Shown here in pieces: positions 1 through 13,292 of a stretch of DNA of 64,000 nt (position 1 is its first letter; every line of letters starts with the position of its first letter). The stretch comes from the human T2T-CHM13v2.0 reference genome, Homo sapiens. Made by a program: the position numbers and the translations under genes. The notes beneath the pieces were generated by a model. That model made no database searches and was not told the DNA's origin. It was given only the letters and a program-made list of their open reading frames with translations. The stretch lies in assembly GCF_009914755.1 (NCBI RefSeq), contig NC_060926.1; one strand, given 5' to 3'.

Positions 1-246
1 GGGGAGATTGGAGGGTAGCAAGAGAGGGAGATTGAAGGGTAGGGAGAGAGGGAGATTGAAGGGTAGCAAGAGAGGCTGGAGAAGAGAGTGAAAAGACTGC
101 TTACCTCATTTGAAATTGGTGAGATGTTCCTTGGGCTGGTTGGTCTGAGGACCTGAGGTTGTAGGTAGATCTCCTCATGGAGTGAGGGCAAGGACAGGGG
201 ACCAGTCTCCAGAAGGAGTCCTCCTGTCCTGGGTTTTGGCACCAAA
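1..246 (-). mobile_element. HERV-H-type provirus internal 5' leader (continues left out of the window)
   Basis: Minus strand, just after the LTR, reads TTTGGTGCCAAAACCCAGGA (PBS), then ...CCTCAGACCAACCAGCCCAAGGAACATCTCACCAATTTCAAATGAG|GTAAGC, the HERV-H leader with its major splice donor near 104. GGGAGATTGAAGGGTAG-type leader repeats at 1-70. Confidence 0.85.
227..244 (-). promoter_or_regulatory. Primer binding site, tRNA-Phe type
   Basis: Minus strand TGGTGCCAAAACCCAGGA equals TGGTGCCGAAACCCGGGA (PBS-Phe) with two CpG-decay G>A changes. It does not match PBS-His (TGGTGCCGTGACTCGGAT). Confidence 0.75.
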
Positions 247-637
247 TGTCATGTGCTTCTGTGTAAAGAGTCCACCAAACAGGCTTTGTGTGAGCAACAA
301 GGCTGTTTATTTCACCTGGTTGCAGGCGGGCTGAGTCCAAAAAGAGAGTCAGCAAAGGGAGATAGGGATGGGGCCGTTTTATAGGATTTGGGTAGGTAGT
401 GGAAAATTACAATCAAAGGGGATTGTTCTCTGGTGGGCAGGGGCGGGGGTCACAAGGTGCTCAGTGGGGGAGCTTCTGAGCCAGGAGAAGGAATTTCACA
501 AGGTAATGTCATCAGTTAAGGCAGGAACTAGCCATTTTTACTTCTTTTGAGATTCTGCAGTTACTTCAGGCCATCTGGATGTATATGTGCAGGTCACAGG
601 GGATATGATGGTTTAGCTTGGGCTCAGAGACCTGACA
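247..637 (-). mobile_element. LTR7-family (HERV-H) 5' LTR, possibly LTR7C
   Basis: Reverse complement starts TGTCAGGTCTCTGAGCCCAAGCTAAACCATCATATCCCCTGTGACCTGCAC and ends ...CACATGACA directly before the PBS. Confidence 0.92.
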
Positions 638-2065
638 GTTGTCTGTAAATCAAGACCATATTATGTTTTTTTTTCCTATGTGGATGCTTTACTGAACTGG
701 CTATGATCTCCTGTGAGATGCTGAGTAGGAGTGGTGATGTCAGACATGTTTGACTTCCTCCTGATCGTAAGGGGAAAACATTCAGACTTTGTATGCATAG
801 ATTAATATACATTTTTTATAGATGCCATTTATTAGCTTGAGAAAGTTACTCTGTATCCTGGTTTGCTGAGAGTTTTACCATGAATGGATGTTGAATTTTG
901 TAAAATGGCTTTTCTGCGTCTATTAAGATAACATGTGGTTTTCTTTTCCAGTGTGTTGCTTGAGATACCAGATTATTACATTGATTGATTTTTCAAATGT
1001 TGAGCCAGACTTGCATTCCTGGGGTAAACCCCACTTGTTCATGAATCAGCTGTTTATCCAAGGAGGCCTGGTTCCTTTAATTGAAGAAAGGTATTTAGAA
1101 ATCAAATCTCCTTTATTTTTATAATTTTATGTAACTCTGTAATTCACATGCCATCAAAATGACCCTTTAGAAGTATAATTAAATGCTTTATATTATGTTC
1201 ACAGAGTTGGATGGTCATTACCACTCTCTAATTTCAGAATATTTTTATCACCCTAAAGGGAAACTGTGTACCCATTAACAGTCACTCCTTATTCCCTACC
1301 CCTAGTCTACTAATCGACCTTCAGTATCTGTGGATTTGCCTATTATCAGTGTTCCATACAAATTGAATCAAATAATGTGTCCCTTTATGTCTGTCTTCTC
1401 TTACTCAGCATAATGTTTTCAAGGTTATTCCATGTTGTAGCATGTATCAGTACTTTATTCTTTTAATGGCTGAATAGTATTCCATTGTGTGTTAATTCTT
1501 TAAATGTTTGGTAGAATTCACAAGTGAAGCCATTTGTGCTTAGCTTTTTCTGTTTTCATGGGAAGTTTTTTGATTACTAATTCAGTCTCTTTACTTGTTA
1601 TAGTTTTATTTATACTTTATGTTTCTTCTTGAGTTACTTTCAGTAGTTTGTGTCTTTCTAAGAATTTATAAATTTTGTGTAGGTTATTTAACTCATTGGC
1701 AAACAATTATTTATAGTAGTCTCTTATAATCACCTTATTTCTGTGAAGTCAATAGTGTTATTCCCTGTACATTTCTGATTTTATCAATTTTAGTGTTCTC
1801 TTTTTTTCTTGATCAGTCTAGCTAAAAGTTTGTCAATTTTGCTGATTTTTTTTTCCAAAAATCTAGCTTTTGGTTTCACTGAATTTTCTCGTTTTAAAAT
1901 TTTCTATTTTACTTTTTCCACTCTAATCTTTATTATTTTTTCCTTCTGCTTGCCTTGAGTTTTGTTTGCTCTTTCCTTTTTGTATAGCTTCTTAAGGTGG
2001 AAGTTTCAGTAACTGATTTGAGCTCTTTCTTCCTTTTTAATATGGCATTTAAAGCTATACATTTC

Positions 2066-2417
2066 TAATATCGTTTGGCTGTTTCCCCACCCAAATCTCA
2101 TCTTGTATTCTCATGTGTTGTAGCAGGGACCTGGTGGGAGGTAATTGAATCATAAGGGGTGGGTCTTTCCCACGCTGATCTTGTGATAGTGAGTAAGTCT
2201 CATGAGATCTGATGGTTTTATAAGTGGGAGTTTCCCTGCACACACTCTCTTGCCTGCTGCCATCCGTGTAAGGTGTGACTTGTTCCTCCTTGCCTTCCAC
2301 CATGATTGTGAGGCTTACCCAGGCACATGGAACTGTAAGTCTATTAAACTTCTTTCTTTTGTAAATCTCCCAGTCTTGGGTATGTCTTTATCAGCAGCAT
2401 GAAAACAGACTAATACA
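2066..2417 (+). mobile_element. THE1B solo LTR (MaLR)
   Basis: TAATATCGTTTGGCTGTTTCCCCACCCAAATCTCATC ... AGACTAATACA; perfect 5-bp TSD ATTTC at 2061-2065 and 2418-2422. Confidence 0.93.
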
Positions 2418-3165
2418 ATTTCCCTCTAAGCACTGCTCTAGTTGTATCCTGTAAATTTTATTGTGTTTTAGTTTTCATTCATCTCAAAGTATTTTCTAAT
2501 TTTTCTGTGGTTTCCTCTCTGATCTATTTTTTTTTCATTTAAGAGCATGTTTTTAGATTTTCACATATTTGTAAGTTTTCCAATTTCCTTCTATTATTGA
2601 TTTCTAACGTCATTCCGTTGTGTTCAGAGAACATGTAATTTCAAGCCTTTTACCTTTATTGAGACTTGTTTTATGGCCTAATATTTGGTTTATCCTGAGT
2701 AATGTTCTCTATGCACTTGAGAAGAATACACATTCTGCTGTTGTTGGGTAGAGTAGAGTGTCTTATGTCTTGTTGGTTTATGTTGTTCATGTTTTTAATT
2801 TCTTTATCTTCTACCCAGTTGTTAAAAGTAAAGTATTGAATTCTCCAACTGTTAATGTTGAATTATCTATTTCTTTTCTCAACTCAGTAAGTTTTTGCTC
2901 CATGTATTTTGGGACTCATGTTAGGCTTCTTCATTTATAAAGGATATTTTCATGGATATAGAATTCTGTGTTGATAGTTTTTTTTCTTTTATATCTTTAT
3001 CAATGTTATTCCCATTGACTTCTGATTTCCATTGTTTCAAGTGAGAATTTTCATCTTTTTGAATTTTTTTGAATTTTCATCAAATTCAACTGTAATTTTC
3101 ATCTTTGTTTCTCTTTATATTATGTGTCTGCAGTTACTGCATGGTGTTCACCTTTTCCACTAGAG

Positions 3166-3383
3166 CAGGATTTGGCAAAGCTTTCCAGGAAGGGAGATGG
3201 TGAGTATTTTAGGCTGTGTGCCATGTGGTCTTTGTTGCAACTCATCAGCTGTGCTGCTGTAGTGAGGAAACAGTCATAGACAATAAGTAAACACATGGGC
3301 ATGGCATGTTCCAGTGAAATATTTACAGAATCAGACAGAAGCCTGGATTCAGTCCATGGACTGTAGCTTGCTCACTCCCGGTC
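3166..3383. mobile_element. MER58A (hAT-Charlie MITE)
   Basis: CAGGATTTGGCAAAGCTTT...GAGTATTTTAGGCTGTGTGCC... and CTGTAGCTTGCTCACTCCCG terminus. Confidence 0.7.
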
Positions 3384-3558
3384 TGAAGTTGCAAATGTAT
3401 TTATTAGAGTTATTTAGAATTCCCTATTTGATAGTTCCAGGATGTGGATCATATCTGTATCTGGTCCCATTGATTGTTGTATGATTTGGTGGTGAGTTAT
3501 TTTTTCTCTTTTTCATGTGTTTGAAAACTTTTGGTTAAAAGCTTGATATCATATGTAG

Positions 3559-3757
3559 CAGGGATTGGCAAACTTCTCTGCAAAGTGCCAGAGAGGGAGT
3601 ATTTTAGACTTCACAGGCTATACCAACTCTATTGCAACTACTCAACTCTGTTTTATTGCAGACATAGACAAATCTTGAATGAAAAGGCTTGACTGTGTCC
3701 CAATAAACCATTACGTATGAAAACAGATGGTGGGCTGGATTTGATACACAGGCTGTA
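3559..3757. mobile_element. MER58A (second copy)
   Basis: CAGGGATTGGCAAACTTCTCTGCAAAGTGCCAGA...ATTTTAGACTTCACAGGC...GTCCCAATAAACC. Confidence 0.7.
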
Positions 3758-6170
3758 GAGACTGAGGTAAACAGTCTGTATGCCATGCAATGTGCATACC
3801 TCCTTTTCTGCTAGGCCTTTTTGCGGGGGCTTGAATCAGCCTAGAGAGGAGTTTAGTTGAGGTTTGTTGTTATGGCTACCTTCAGTGCACCACTGGCTTC
3901 AAATTCATTACTTTCTGCTTAGGGTTGGGGCTGGTTTCCTTCAACAGGTTTTCTCACTGCTCCTGTCCCACCTTCAGCTCTAGGTTTCTCTTCCCCCCGA
4001 CCCCAGAGCAGTCTTGCTCCGTGCTCTTGCCCCTTCCCTAGCTGTAGACTTCTGATACTTGTCACTGGATGCCTGTTGCCTGCTGAGGTTTCTCTTTTTT
4101 TCTGTTTCAGCCTCATGTTTAGGCAGGATTTCTGTACCTGGGTCTTGGAAGTGGGGATTTCTCAGTGGTCCTGCCTCTTCTCTGGCAGTAGAGGACCTAT
4201 CAAAATCTGGACCCAGAATGATTTCTTGCCCCTTTCCCAGAAGTGGAGGGTTTTATTCTGTTCCCTTCTCCAGCCACAGTGGGTCTTCATCAGTTCCCTG
4301 GCAGTGACCGGTTTTGCTGTCTTCCTCTCAGAAGCTAAAGCCTTGTCCCCTAGTGGGAGGGTTTAGGGAGGGCCCTGAGGTTTCCTGCGGCAGTGGGCTC
4401 CTTTCCAGCCTTGCATCATGGGGGACACTTTCCCTTACCTGCTGCCCTAGCCCCTCATCTCTTTTGTGAGCAATCGGTGAAGTCTGCAGAAAATACCCTG
4501 GGAGTCAGTACAAGCTCTCCTGTACCTGCAGCTTCTGCAGTCACCTATATGCACCAAAACTCTTAGCAGAAATCTTCTTAGGCCTTTCTTTGGCACAGTC
4601 TTGTCTTTCTCTTAGGCCCTGCCCTAGGGAAGCCAGGCTCGAATCCTGTGCCTTCTAGGAGGAATTTATCTTTCTTTAGATTTCAGGCTAATTGGTTGCC
4701 TTGTGACCTGAACTCTCTGATGGGTTCAAGAGGGTTATAATTTTGTAGATTGTCTGGCTTTTTCTTATTGGTAAGGCAGGAGCTTGTCATTACAGTAGTT
4801 TTCTTTCCAAGTTAAAGCTGGGTCATTTTTGATATGGAAAATGTTTAGGGAGACAGGATGGCAGTGGAGAGCTTGCAGTGACCCATGGGGATTAGTATGA
4901 AGCGGGTCTGTAGCTCCTGGTCTCCAGTGTGGTCATGGCACTGCCCTGATTTGAGTTCAACAACCTGGGATGGAGGCTGAAGGTTGACTAGCAGAGCTTA
5001 TTTAGACAGTGGGGATCCTGGGGGCTTCATATATCTGGGTCTGGACTTCCAGGGCAGAATGAAGCTGATCACTGCTGTAGCCAGGAGAGGTGGGTGGCCT
5101 GCTAGGGTTAGCCCGGATCTCGTGTCTTGGCAAATCATCGTTGAGTGCATTCACATCTTCAGTGGACTAACCTTTGCTATAAATCTCATGCCTCAGGATC
5201 CAGCAGTAGCTGAGCCTTCGTGTCCTGAGGACTCTTGTTTATTGTTCAGAGAAAAGAGTTTCAGCTGCTAACACTGATGGTTTCTGTTTCAGGAAAACAA
5301 TTCACGAGGGTCTTTTAAGAAAAAGTTGCCCTTAAGACACACCACAAAGAAAAAAGATATGTCAAAGAAATAGAAATTTATATATTCTGTAATAACCCAG
5401 CCATGGATGAAAATACTTGTAAGATCCTCTTGTAAACAGCTGGCATAATGTAGGCTAAATATAGTTTAAAATATGCAGAGAACACTCAGTAGGGAAAAGA
5501 TCTTCCTTTCCATCCACCACCTCCTCCTTGCTCCCCATTAAAAACCCCATAATAATATCACCAGATACAAATTTTTAAAGTTTTTCATGGCTCTTTATTT
5601 GTTACCATAATTCTTTTTCCAATTATAGTTTTAAAATCAGTTTATAAAGAGTTTTCATGTATATGACTTTCTGGTGTAACATATTAGCCATAAAGAGAAG
5701 AAAAATGATATATCACAGTATTAATTGATATAATGCTTGGGAAAGTGCTTTGCAAATTGTAAAAATCTTTTGTAGGTATTAGCTTTTTTTTTAAAATTAT
5801 GTATGTCAGATATTTTATAAATGAGGAAACTGAGGCATAGAGAAGGGGGTACCCTGCCCCACGAGGTCACAGGTCATTTCCCACATTGCTGATCTTGAAG
5901 CGTGCTAGCTGGCACTCGCTGACAGGCTGCATCTTCTGAGGTTCGAAGGTCCCCTCTCTGTGGGTAGGAATGGAAATCCCAACAGCTCCTTCCACAGCTT
6001 TGCGTGGTGTCTAAGATCTTTATCTCCTTGGATGTGATTTAGTCCCCCAAATAAAGCACCTGCAGCCCCCATTAAAAAGTATGGTAATTAAGATCCTATG
6101 AGATAATATGTCCTATGAGATTACCTGATAGTAAGGATTACCTAATGCCATGTGCATTGCATCTCTGTGG

Positions 6171-6269
6171 CCTTCCTCCCTCCTTCCCTCTCTCCGTCCC
6201 TCCATCCCTCCCTCCCCTGCCTCCCTCCCTTCCCTGCCTCCCTCCCTCTCTTCTTCCCTTCCTCCCTCC
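6171..6269. repeat. (CCCT/CCTT)n low-complexity tract
   Basis: Direct reading. Confidence 0.9.
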
Positions 6270-7112
6270 AATTGTTTATTAATTGGACCTATGTGTGAGG
6301 ACCTGAATGTTCTTCCTCTTGAAGACAAATATAGAAGGAGTCTTGACCAAAGGAGAGGTTGAGAGGAGCTCTGCTAGCTCACGGGGAGGCAGACAAGCCA
6401 CACCCCAGCCCATCACCCATCACAGTGGTTGACATCTCTTAGAATTCAGACTTGATTAAAATCAGATTAAATTAACCCTGAGGGGAGGCTGGAAGGGGAA
6501 GAGATCCTCTCAGAGCTGCCTGAAGGCTACATATGGAGTGGAGGACATCTGGGCCTTGTTGGACACCAAAAGGCAAAGCCACGTGGAAGGGGAGGCAGCA
6601 GGGGCAGGGATGGGGGTGGGGGTCCACTTGGTGTGTTGGAAGCAGCAGCCTGGGACCGGGGAGACAGGAACACAAGAGGGTCAGGTGGTTCTCAGGTCCC
6701 AAGCTGGAGTGAGAGCTCTCTGGGTGGTGATCTTCATGCTGTTCTCTTCTGTGGACTGGGAGAAAAAGGTGGAGTAACCCTGGCTTACTTGGGACCCATC
6801 ATACATTATGCTAATTGGGGTTTCAGCTTCAAAATTTCATTTTAATTGTTGATATTACTTCAGTCAACATCTTTCAACAATTTGTTTTGAATGTTGGGGA
6901 AATATACTTTCCATTGAATCCTGGGGAATGTTTACCTTCTGATTTTCTCCTCTTGCTGGTAACTTAAGAGAAAAGACATCATTCAGTGTGATAAATGCCA
7001 ACTAGATTATCAGAGAAGCTTTTTCTGCTTTCAAGAAAAGTGGTTCCCCTAGATATTAAAATATAAAGACGCTATTTTCACCACATTGGAGCAGAAGTGC
7101 ATTTGGGCCCCA

Positions 7113-7131
7113 GATCGCCACCTAGTGACCA
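7113..7131 (-). promoter_or_regulatory. Candidate CTCF site
   Basis: Minus strand TGGTCACTAGGTGGCGATC closely matches the CTCF core (TGGCCACCAGGTGGCGC) and lies in unique sequence. Confidence 0.6.
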
Positions 7132-10100
7132 GAAAAGAACCCATTGGGCATAACCAATAAGTCTGATGGGTGTCCATCCAGTTTTAGAATGTGGGTCTCT
7201 TCTCTTTTTGTTACTTGATTTTTAACTGAAGGATGCTCTTCAGGTGACAATTTGCCCCAGAAAAAAATATCAGTGGGCAAACTGTACCTCTTTTCTCCTT
7301 TCAGCCCTTCCTCTGCCCTTTCAAGTCAAAGTTCTGAGTACTTTCAAAAATCACATGAAAGTCTGCAGACTTTTATTGAGCCTTCAGTTTATAAAACATA
7401 CATGGAACCATCTGCCATAATAATTTAAAAATATGTGTGGATTATAAACTGCCTTTGTAGACATTTCCTTTTGATTTTTATTTTCACGGTAACAACCTTG
7501 CCAGATGGTTATTCTCAATACAGTGATTACCTGTCTTGTGCTTGGTGACAAAGGTGACAATAGAAACAGCAGAAATTGAAGCAGATTGCCTCCTCTTCCT
7601 ACCTACACTCCATGGCCAGGAAAGTGGTGTGCTGGGTGCAGGGCGGGTGCCGCTCACCCGGGGCTGCCCTCTCTCTGTGGGCTTGCCTCATCATGTCAGC
7701 TCTGGGCAGCCTGGGGAGGTGACAGTGAGTTATTTTATAAGCTCACTAGTTTGTTTCCAAGTGCCCAGCAACCCTTTGGGCTCTACCCAACAGCATCATA
7801 GTCCAATTACAGCCTTCAAAGTCTCTGAGCCGTTTCTCACTATGCTGCATTACACAGGGCTGTTGAAGTTCATCAGCCAGTTTGAGGCCACCAGAAATTG
7901 AGGCCCAGCAGGCAGATTTATTTGGGAGGAGGGAATGAGCCCATTTCACACTTCACTTAAAACATGTTGCCTTTCCTGCTGAATGCTTATGGCTGTTAGT
8001 GGCCATCAATCCTACCAAATTCTGTAGAATCAGGTGCTTCAAAGTCCTGGAATTCTTGCCACTTGCAACACCTTGTTTCCGAAACATTGCAGTGCCTTCT
8101 GATATTTTGTGAGTTTGCAAGTTTCATTTTTCTGGGAGAATAAGGCAATGTTAAGTCCTTGAAGTTTAATTCAAGGCAGTAGTAAGTTTTTCTTTTACTC
8201 ACTGGAAATCATTTTTGGCTATTTTATTGAAGTTATTTTTGTTTGTTTTTGAGAATTAGGAAGCGGAGGGGTATTCAAAAAGAGGGGACACAAGAAACCA
8301 AAAAATACCAATTATTTTCACTATCATTTTTCAGTCTGCTTTACTTTGCTTCGAAGTGTTCACACTTCCAGTGGCCCCGGCACAGGAACGCACGGTCACG
8401 CTGCACAGGGCCTGTGATGCTGGCTTTAGAAACCTCCTTCTTTTGCAGTGTGTGTGCAACGCAACCGCTTCACCGCTTCTTCTCAGTTTCTTTGTGTGCT
8501 GTGAGCCTGAGAATCCGGATGCATAGCATTTTCAGGCTGGATTCTCATTCCGTAAGGCTTCATTAGATGTCTTTTTCTTTTTTTTTTTTTTTGCATTGAT
8601 TTTAGTCAATCTGGCAACTAAGGAATGGTTAAAAATGAATTTTTAACATTTTATGATCATAAATTAGCTTGGCTCTGTGAGGAACTGTTATTGATTGTCA
8701 TTCAAAAAGCTACTGGCACTTGGTGACAGAGTTTAGCAGGCAGGGCAGGCCCTCGTGGAGAGTGGAGCACACAGTTGCCTGCCCGACCTGCCTTTTTGAT
8801 CACATGTTCCCAGTTCAAAAGCACATCCTGGTCGTGCTGCGCGGTTCCTATAATCTTTTCCTGTCTATTTGGACAGCCTCTTTTGACTTGTGATAACAGC
8901 CTGCTCCAAGCAAAATTAATCACAATGGTTTATTTTTTAATTCTTTCTTAATATCTTTGGGTAAAGCTACAGAGATTTACTCCCCTGAACCAGGCTTCTG
9001 CTCATTTTCCCTGCTGTTTTTATGATTTTCGTTAAGACCACCCCAAGCAGAGTAGAAAATCTCTGGGTTTCGGGGCCTTCGGTTCTCTCTCACCACTCAC
9101 AGAATCCTTTCGTCCCTGCTTTTCCTCTTCCTATTAGGTGGCTGGTGGATAAAACCTCTGCTTTTGATGGCTGTTATCAGTTATTGACACATAATGTGAA
9201 ATTAAGTCAGTGTCAGCTTCTGAAGCTTGCCGCTCTAAGTCTTAGCTTCTGTTGTGGAGTGGAAGTGGCTGCCCTCTGTGAAGAAGCCGTCAGGGCATCT
9301 GAATGTTAGTGCCATATAGGCTGGGAGGGCAGCCCTGGGCTGTAGATAAGGATGTTGGCCGTGCAGAAAATTATTTCACTGAATATGCATCTTATTTTAC
9401 CCAAGGATAAGGAGAGCTGACAGAAAACCCAATGGTTAATGTTTGCTTGGTGGTTCAGGCCCTGATGTTTGTGCTTACATATCAATCAGCTTACCTAAAT
9501 GCATCTCTGCAGTTTCCCAAATATTTGGTAGGTGACAACCTAGCCACTTGGTATTTCTTGTGATCCTGGAAATAACGAGTGCTTTTATTGGAGGTTTTTT
9601 TTTTTGTTCATCCATTAGTGATGTTCTGTGATCTTTTGCTTAGGTGTAAAATGATGCCTAGTACTGCAGTGTGGTGCAGAGGAGAGCAAGCACTGGGCCT
9701 GCATCCACAAGACCTGCCAGTAGCCCTGGACCTGCTGTCGAGGGGCTGTATCCACTCAGGCCCATTGCAGGGGCCCCATGTCCTCATTGGTAAGATGAGG
9801 CCAAGGAATTAGATGCTCCTTCTTGGTTCCAGCTCTTGGGAAATTTGTGAACTCCACACAGGTTCAGCCCTTCCTCTTGTCTTCTTGAGCCTGATGGGCA
9901 TGAGCAGGAAGCTGCACCCCGTAGTCGCGACCCCACTCCATGTGGCTGGGCAGGTTAAAGGGGAGCCATGGGACCAGAGGCTTAGTGGTCCATTTGGGCT
10001 CTGTGGTGGGATTGACCTTGACTCACGGTGGGTGGTTGTTTGAACTCTGAATACAGACTCTTCGCCTTCAGACAGAACAAGATCCAAACAATTCTAGAAG

Positions 10101-10542
10101 AGTGTTCACTACATTTTTCTTTGCCTCAGATACTTTGCTTACTACTAAATGTAACTCTTTTCTGAGAATCTCAAATTTCTATTTCTTTCTTTGTTGGCCG
10201 AACTCACTCACTTCCTGTATGGCATTTGATTTAAACACAGCCTTTCTTCAGTCTCTTGGGGTGGATAATTTCAGCCTGATAAAATGATCTTTTGAGTTTT
10301 GTAAAATTGTTTCTGAGCAATTCCGAGTAGGATTTACTTGGCGACTTTCCTCAGTAGTGATCAAAGATCGTGTGCTTTGGACATATGACTGCACCGAGAA
10401 GGAACATTTCCTTTGCCTTCCTGGCAGCCGTAAAAACTTGGGGTGGTTTTCTCCTATTTGTAGACAGCCCTCTTCCAAATGATCCTAAAGAAGTTGTCAC
10501 TGGATGCATTAAAATTGCCAAGAGGATTTTAACATGTACTTA

Positions 10543-10892
10543 CAGCTGTGCATTGCTCAATGATGGGGTGTGTTCTGAGAAATGCTCCTTTAGATGATTC
10601 TGCCCTTGTGCAAACGTCAGAGAGCGACGTGCACAAACCTCGATGGCACAGCCTACTGCACACCTCGGCTATGTGGTGTAGCCTATTGCCTATTGCCCAG
10701 ACTGCAAACCTGTACAGTAAATGACCGTACTGAATAACATCGGCAACTGTAACGCAGTGGTGAGTATTTGTGCATCTGAACATATCTAATCATAGAAAAG
10801 ATACAATCAAATATGGTATTATAATTTTAAGGAACCACCATTGGACATGTGGCCTTTTGTTGATGGAAACATCATTATGCTGCATATGACAG
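10543..10892. mobile_element. Tigger3a (TcMar-Tigger)
   Basis: GTTCTGAGAAATGC...CACAAACCTCGATGGCACAGCCTACTGCACACCT...TGGTATTATAATTTTAAGGAACCACC; ~350 bp. Confidence 0.85.
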
Positions 10893-11879
10893 TGTTTAAA
10901 AAATCATTTAAGAATGCTTGAAAATGGAAAGAGGAGAAGCAAAATGTTAATCAGAGGAACTCAGCACCCAAACAAACTTGCCTAATTGAATTCAGCCATG
11001 TGTGTGGTGGAACGTGTAGAAGTCAGAGTCCTCGGATCAAACACCAGCCCTTCCTGCTTGACATCTGTGATGTCTAAGGCAGAGCGCTCCGCCTCTCTGA
11101 ATGTTATTTCCCTCATCTACAAAAGGAACTGCACATGGCAGTGTTGTGATGTTGAATGAGAAAAGGGATCTAAAGGCTGAAAATGAAAACCATGCGCGAA
11201 TGGAAGGTAGCCCTGCCTTCTTCGCTTTCCTCTTCTGGACTTTCCTTGAGTTCCCTATGTCGGTTCTGTTGCGTCATGTGCAGGAATCAGTGTCTCCTGG
11301 CATGGCGAGGGGCTCTTTCTACTTGTGTATCTTCATCTGGGTCCTAATGTAATTTCCAGTCCCCTCTGCACACCTGATTTCGATTGTGCATCTCTTTGAC
11401 GTTGGATGGTTACTGTATGTCAAACAATATCGAAATCAAAACATCTGCCAACACTAAATGGTTTCAGAAAGTATTCTTGTCTGTTTTCACCATACATTTG
11501 TGTTGAATTTCCCAGCAAATTTCATAGGAAAAATCACCTATAGCACAAGTTTTCATTCCATTCAAAAGTAGACTCCAATATGTTTTTGTCAGTGTGAATA
11601 AAGGAATAATAAATAGCTTATCACCTGATTGAAATTCAGACTAAGAAAGAACCATCAAGATCCTGTAGCCAATCTACCCGTCTCCTTTGCACTTTCTCTT
11701 CAGATAGGTGGTCCCACTGCTTCATTCTTCCTTGAAGCAACCTTTGTGTTTGTAGGAGAGTGTTGGGTGCTCTGAGATTGTTGATAACATAGAACTAAAG
11801 CCGCTCGAGGCCATACACAGTGAAGCTGGCTGCTCTGCCACTCTTCCTATCAAAGCTTCGTTTCCATTAGGGCAGATCC

Positions 11880-12100
11880 ATCTTGTATTTGAAGAGAGCT
11901 TTTATGTTCCGCTTGAGTCTTCTCTTCTCCAAACCAAGTCAAACACCCGAGTCCCTCCAATATTAGGCATATGGCCTGATTTGTAGTCATTTTCTTCACA
12001 TTTATTTAAATGCCTCTGATGGTGTGGCCCCAGCACTGAGCGCAGGGCTCAAGGTGAGAGTGAGCCATGCAGTTTCTCTCCCCCAATGTCTAGTGTATAC
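11880..12100 (-). mobile_element. L3/CR1 remnant
   Basis: TATTTGAAGAGAGC...GAGTCTTCTCTTCTCCAAACC... resembles antisense CR1 ORF2. Confidence 0.5.
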
Positions 12101-12147
12101 CTCCCTATACTGCACTTCCCCAGAGGACGTTGGAGATGGCAGGAGTG

Positions 12148-12652
12148 CTTTTATTAATTTCCAATGGCTACTGTGGCAAATTACCATGAATTTAGTGGCT
12201 TAAAACAGCACAAGGTTATGATTTACAGTTCTGTAGGTCAGAAATTCAACACGGGTCTCATTGGACTAAAGCCAAGTTGCTGGCTTGGCTGCATTCCTTT
12301 CTGGAGGCTCTGGGGAGAATCTGTTTCTTTGCCTTTTCCAGCCTCTGTAGGCCATCCACATCCTTTGGCTTGTGGGCCCTTCCTCTGTCTTCAAAGGCAG
12401 TAACCCTGCATCCCTCTGAGCATTCTTTTGCCATCACGTTGCCCTCTGGCTCTTCTCTTCTGTCTTCCTCGTCCACTTTTAAGGATCCTTGTGATTATGT
12501 TGGGCACTCTGGATGATCCAGTATACTCGCCCTCTTTATTAGCAGCCTTAATTTCACTGCAACCTGATTCCCCTTTGCCATGCACCCTAACATAGTCACA
12601 GGTTCTGGGCTTAGGATGTCATCATCTTTGGGGGCCGTTATTCTGCCTACCT
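12148..12652 (-). mobile_element. MLT1 (C/D-like) solo LTR
   Basis: AAATTACCATGAATTTAGTGGCTTAAAACAGCAC...CTGGAGGCTCTGGGGAGAATCTG...ATTCTGCCTACC. Confidence 0.85.
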
Positions 12653-13292
12653 TACCCACTGAGTCTTATATGTGCTAAGCTTCTGTATCTTGTAGTCACA
12701 TAAATTGAGGTTTTGGACACAAGTAGGTCTTTCATTTGCGTCTGACACATTTTGTCCTACACGTTTTGTGTGCTGTGTGCCATATACCATTTCCATTGCC
12801 ATTGTGTCAGCCTTTCAGGGCTCAGAGCTTGTCTTTCAAAATATTGGCTCACCTTTTAAGCCTCATTTTATGAGCATGTCTAGCATAAGGTCCTTTGGAA
12901 GTGTACCCAAACTGAGACTATGTATTGATTATCAGCTCAATTTAGAAATGTTACTGCAGCCAAAAGATGAACATAAAGCTTATCCAGCCATGTAGGAGGT
13001 CTAGCTTACTTAAATACTTCTTTATCATTAGGACTAATGAAAATAAATGAAATGTATATTGAAGGTTTTAATAAAAAGAAACATAGTAAGTTGCAGAAGA
13101 GAGCTGAGGTTAGATGTTCAGAAGCTCTTTCCTATCATAAGGCATCATTGCTTGGCTGTAGTCTGTTAGCTTTAAGGAGTGGAGATAAGTAGCAGTCTTC
13201 TCTATCTTTTCAGGGTTTGCTCCTATGTGACAACACCGATTTTGAGTACAGAATGTTTGAAAGAGTCTGATCTCTCTTTATTTTCTATTTGT

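Larger units (their letters stand above)
638..4810 (-). mobile_element. Ancient L1M remnant (ORF2 and 5' region), interrupted by younger insertions
   Basis: T-rich antisense L1 text, e.g. TTTTCTGCGTCTATTAAGAT, TTTGGTAGAATTCACAAGTGAAGCCAT, GCACTTGAGAAGAAT. An L1M 3' fragment is nested at ~1110-1490. Confidence 0.75.

Noticed and set aside
7232-7283. Exon-like block loosely similar to 53811-53865
   Set aside because: Weak donor (gtacct); the similarity is short and probably coincidental.
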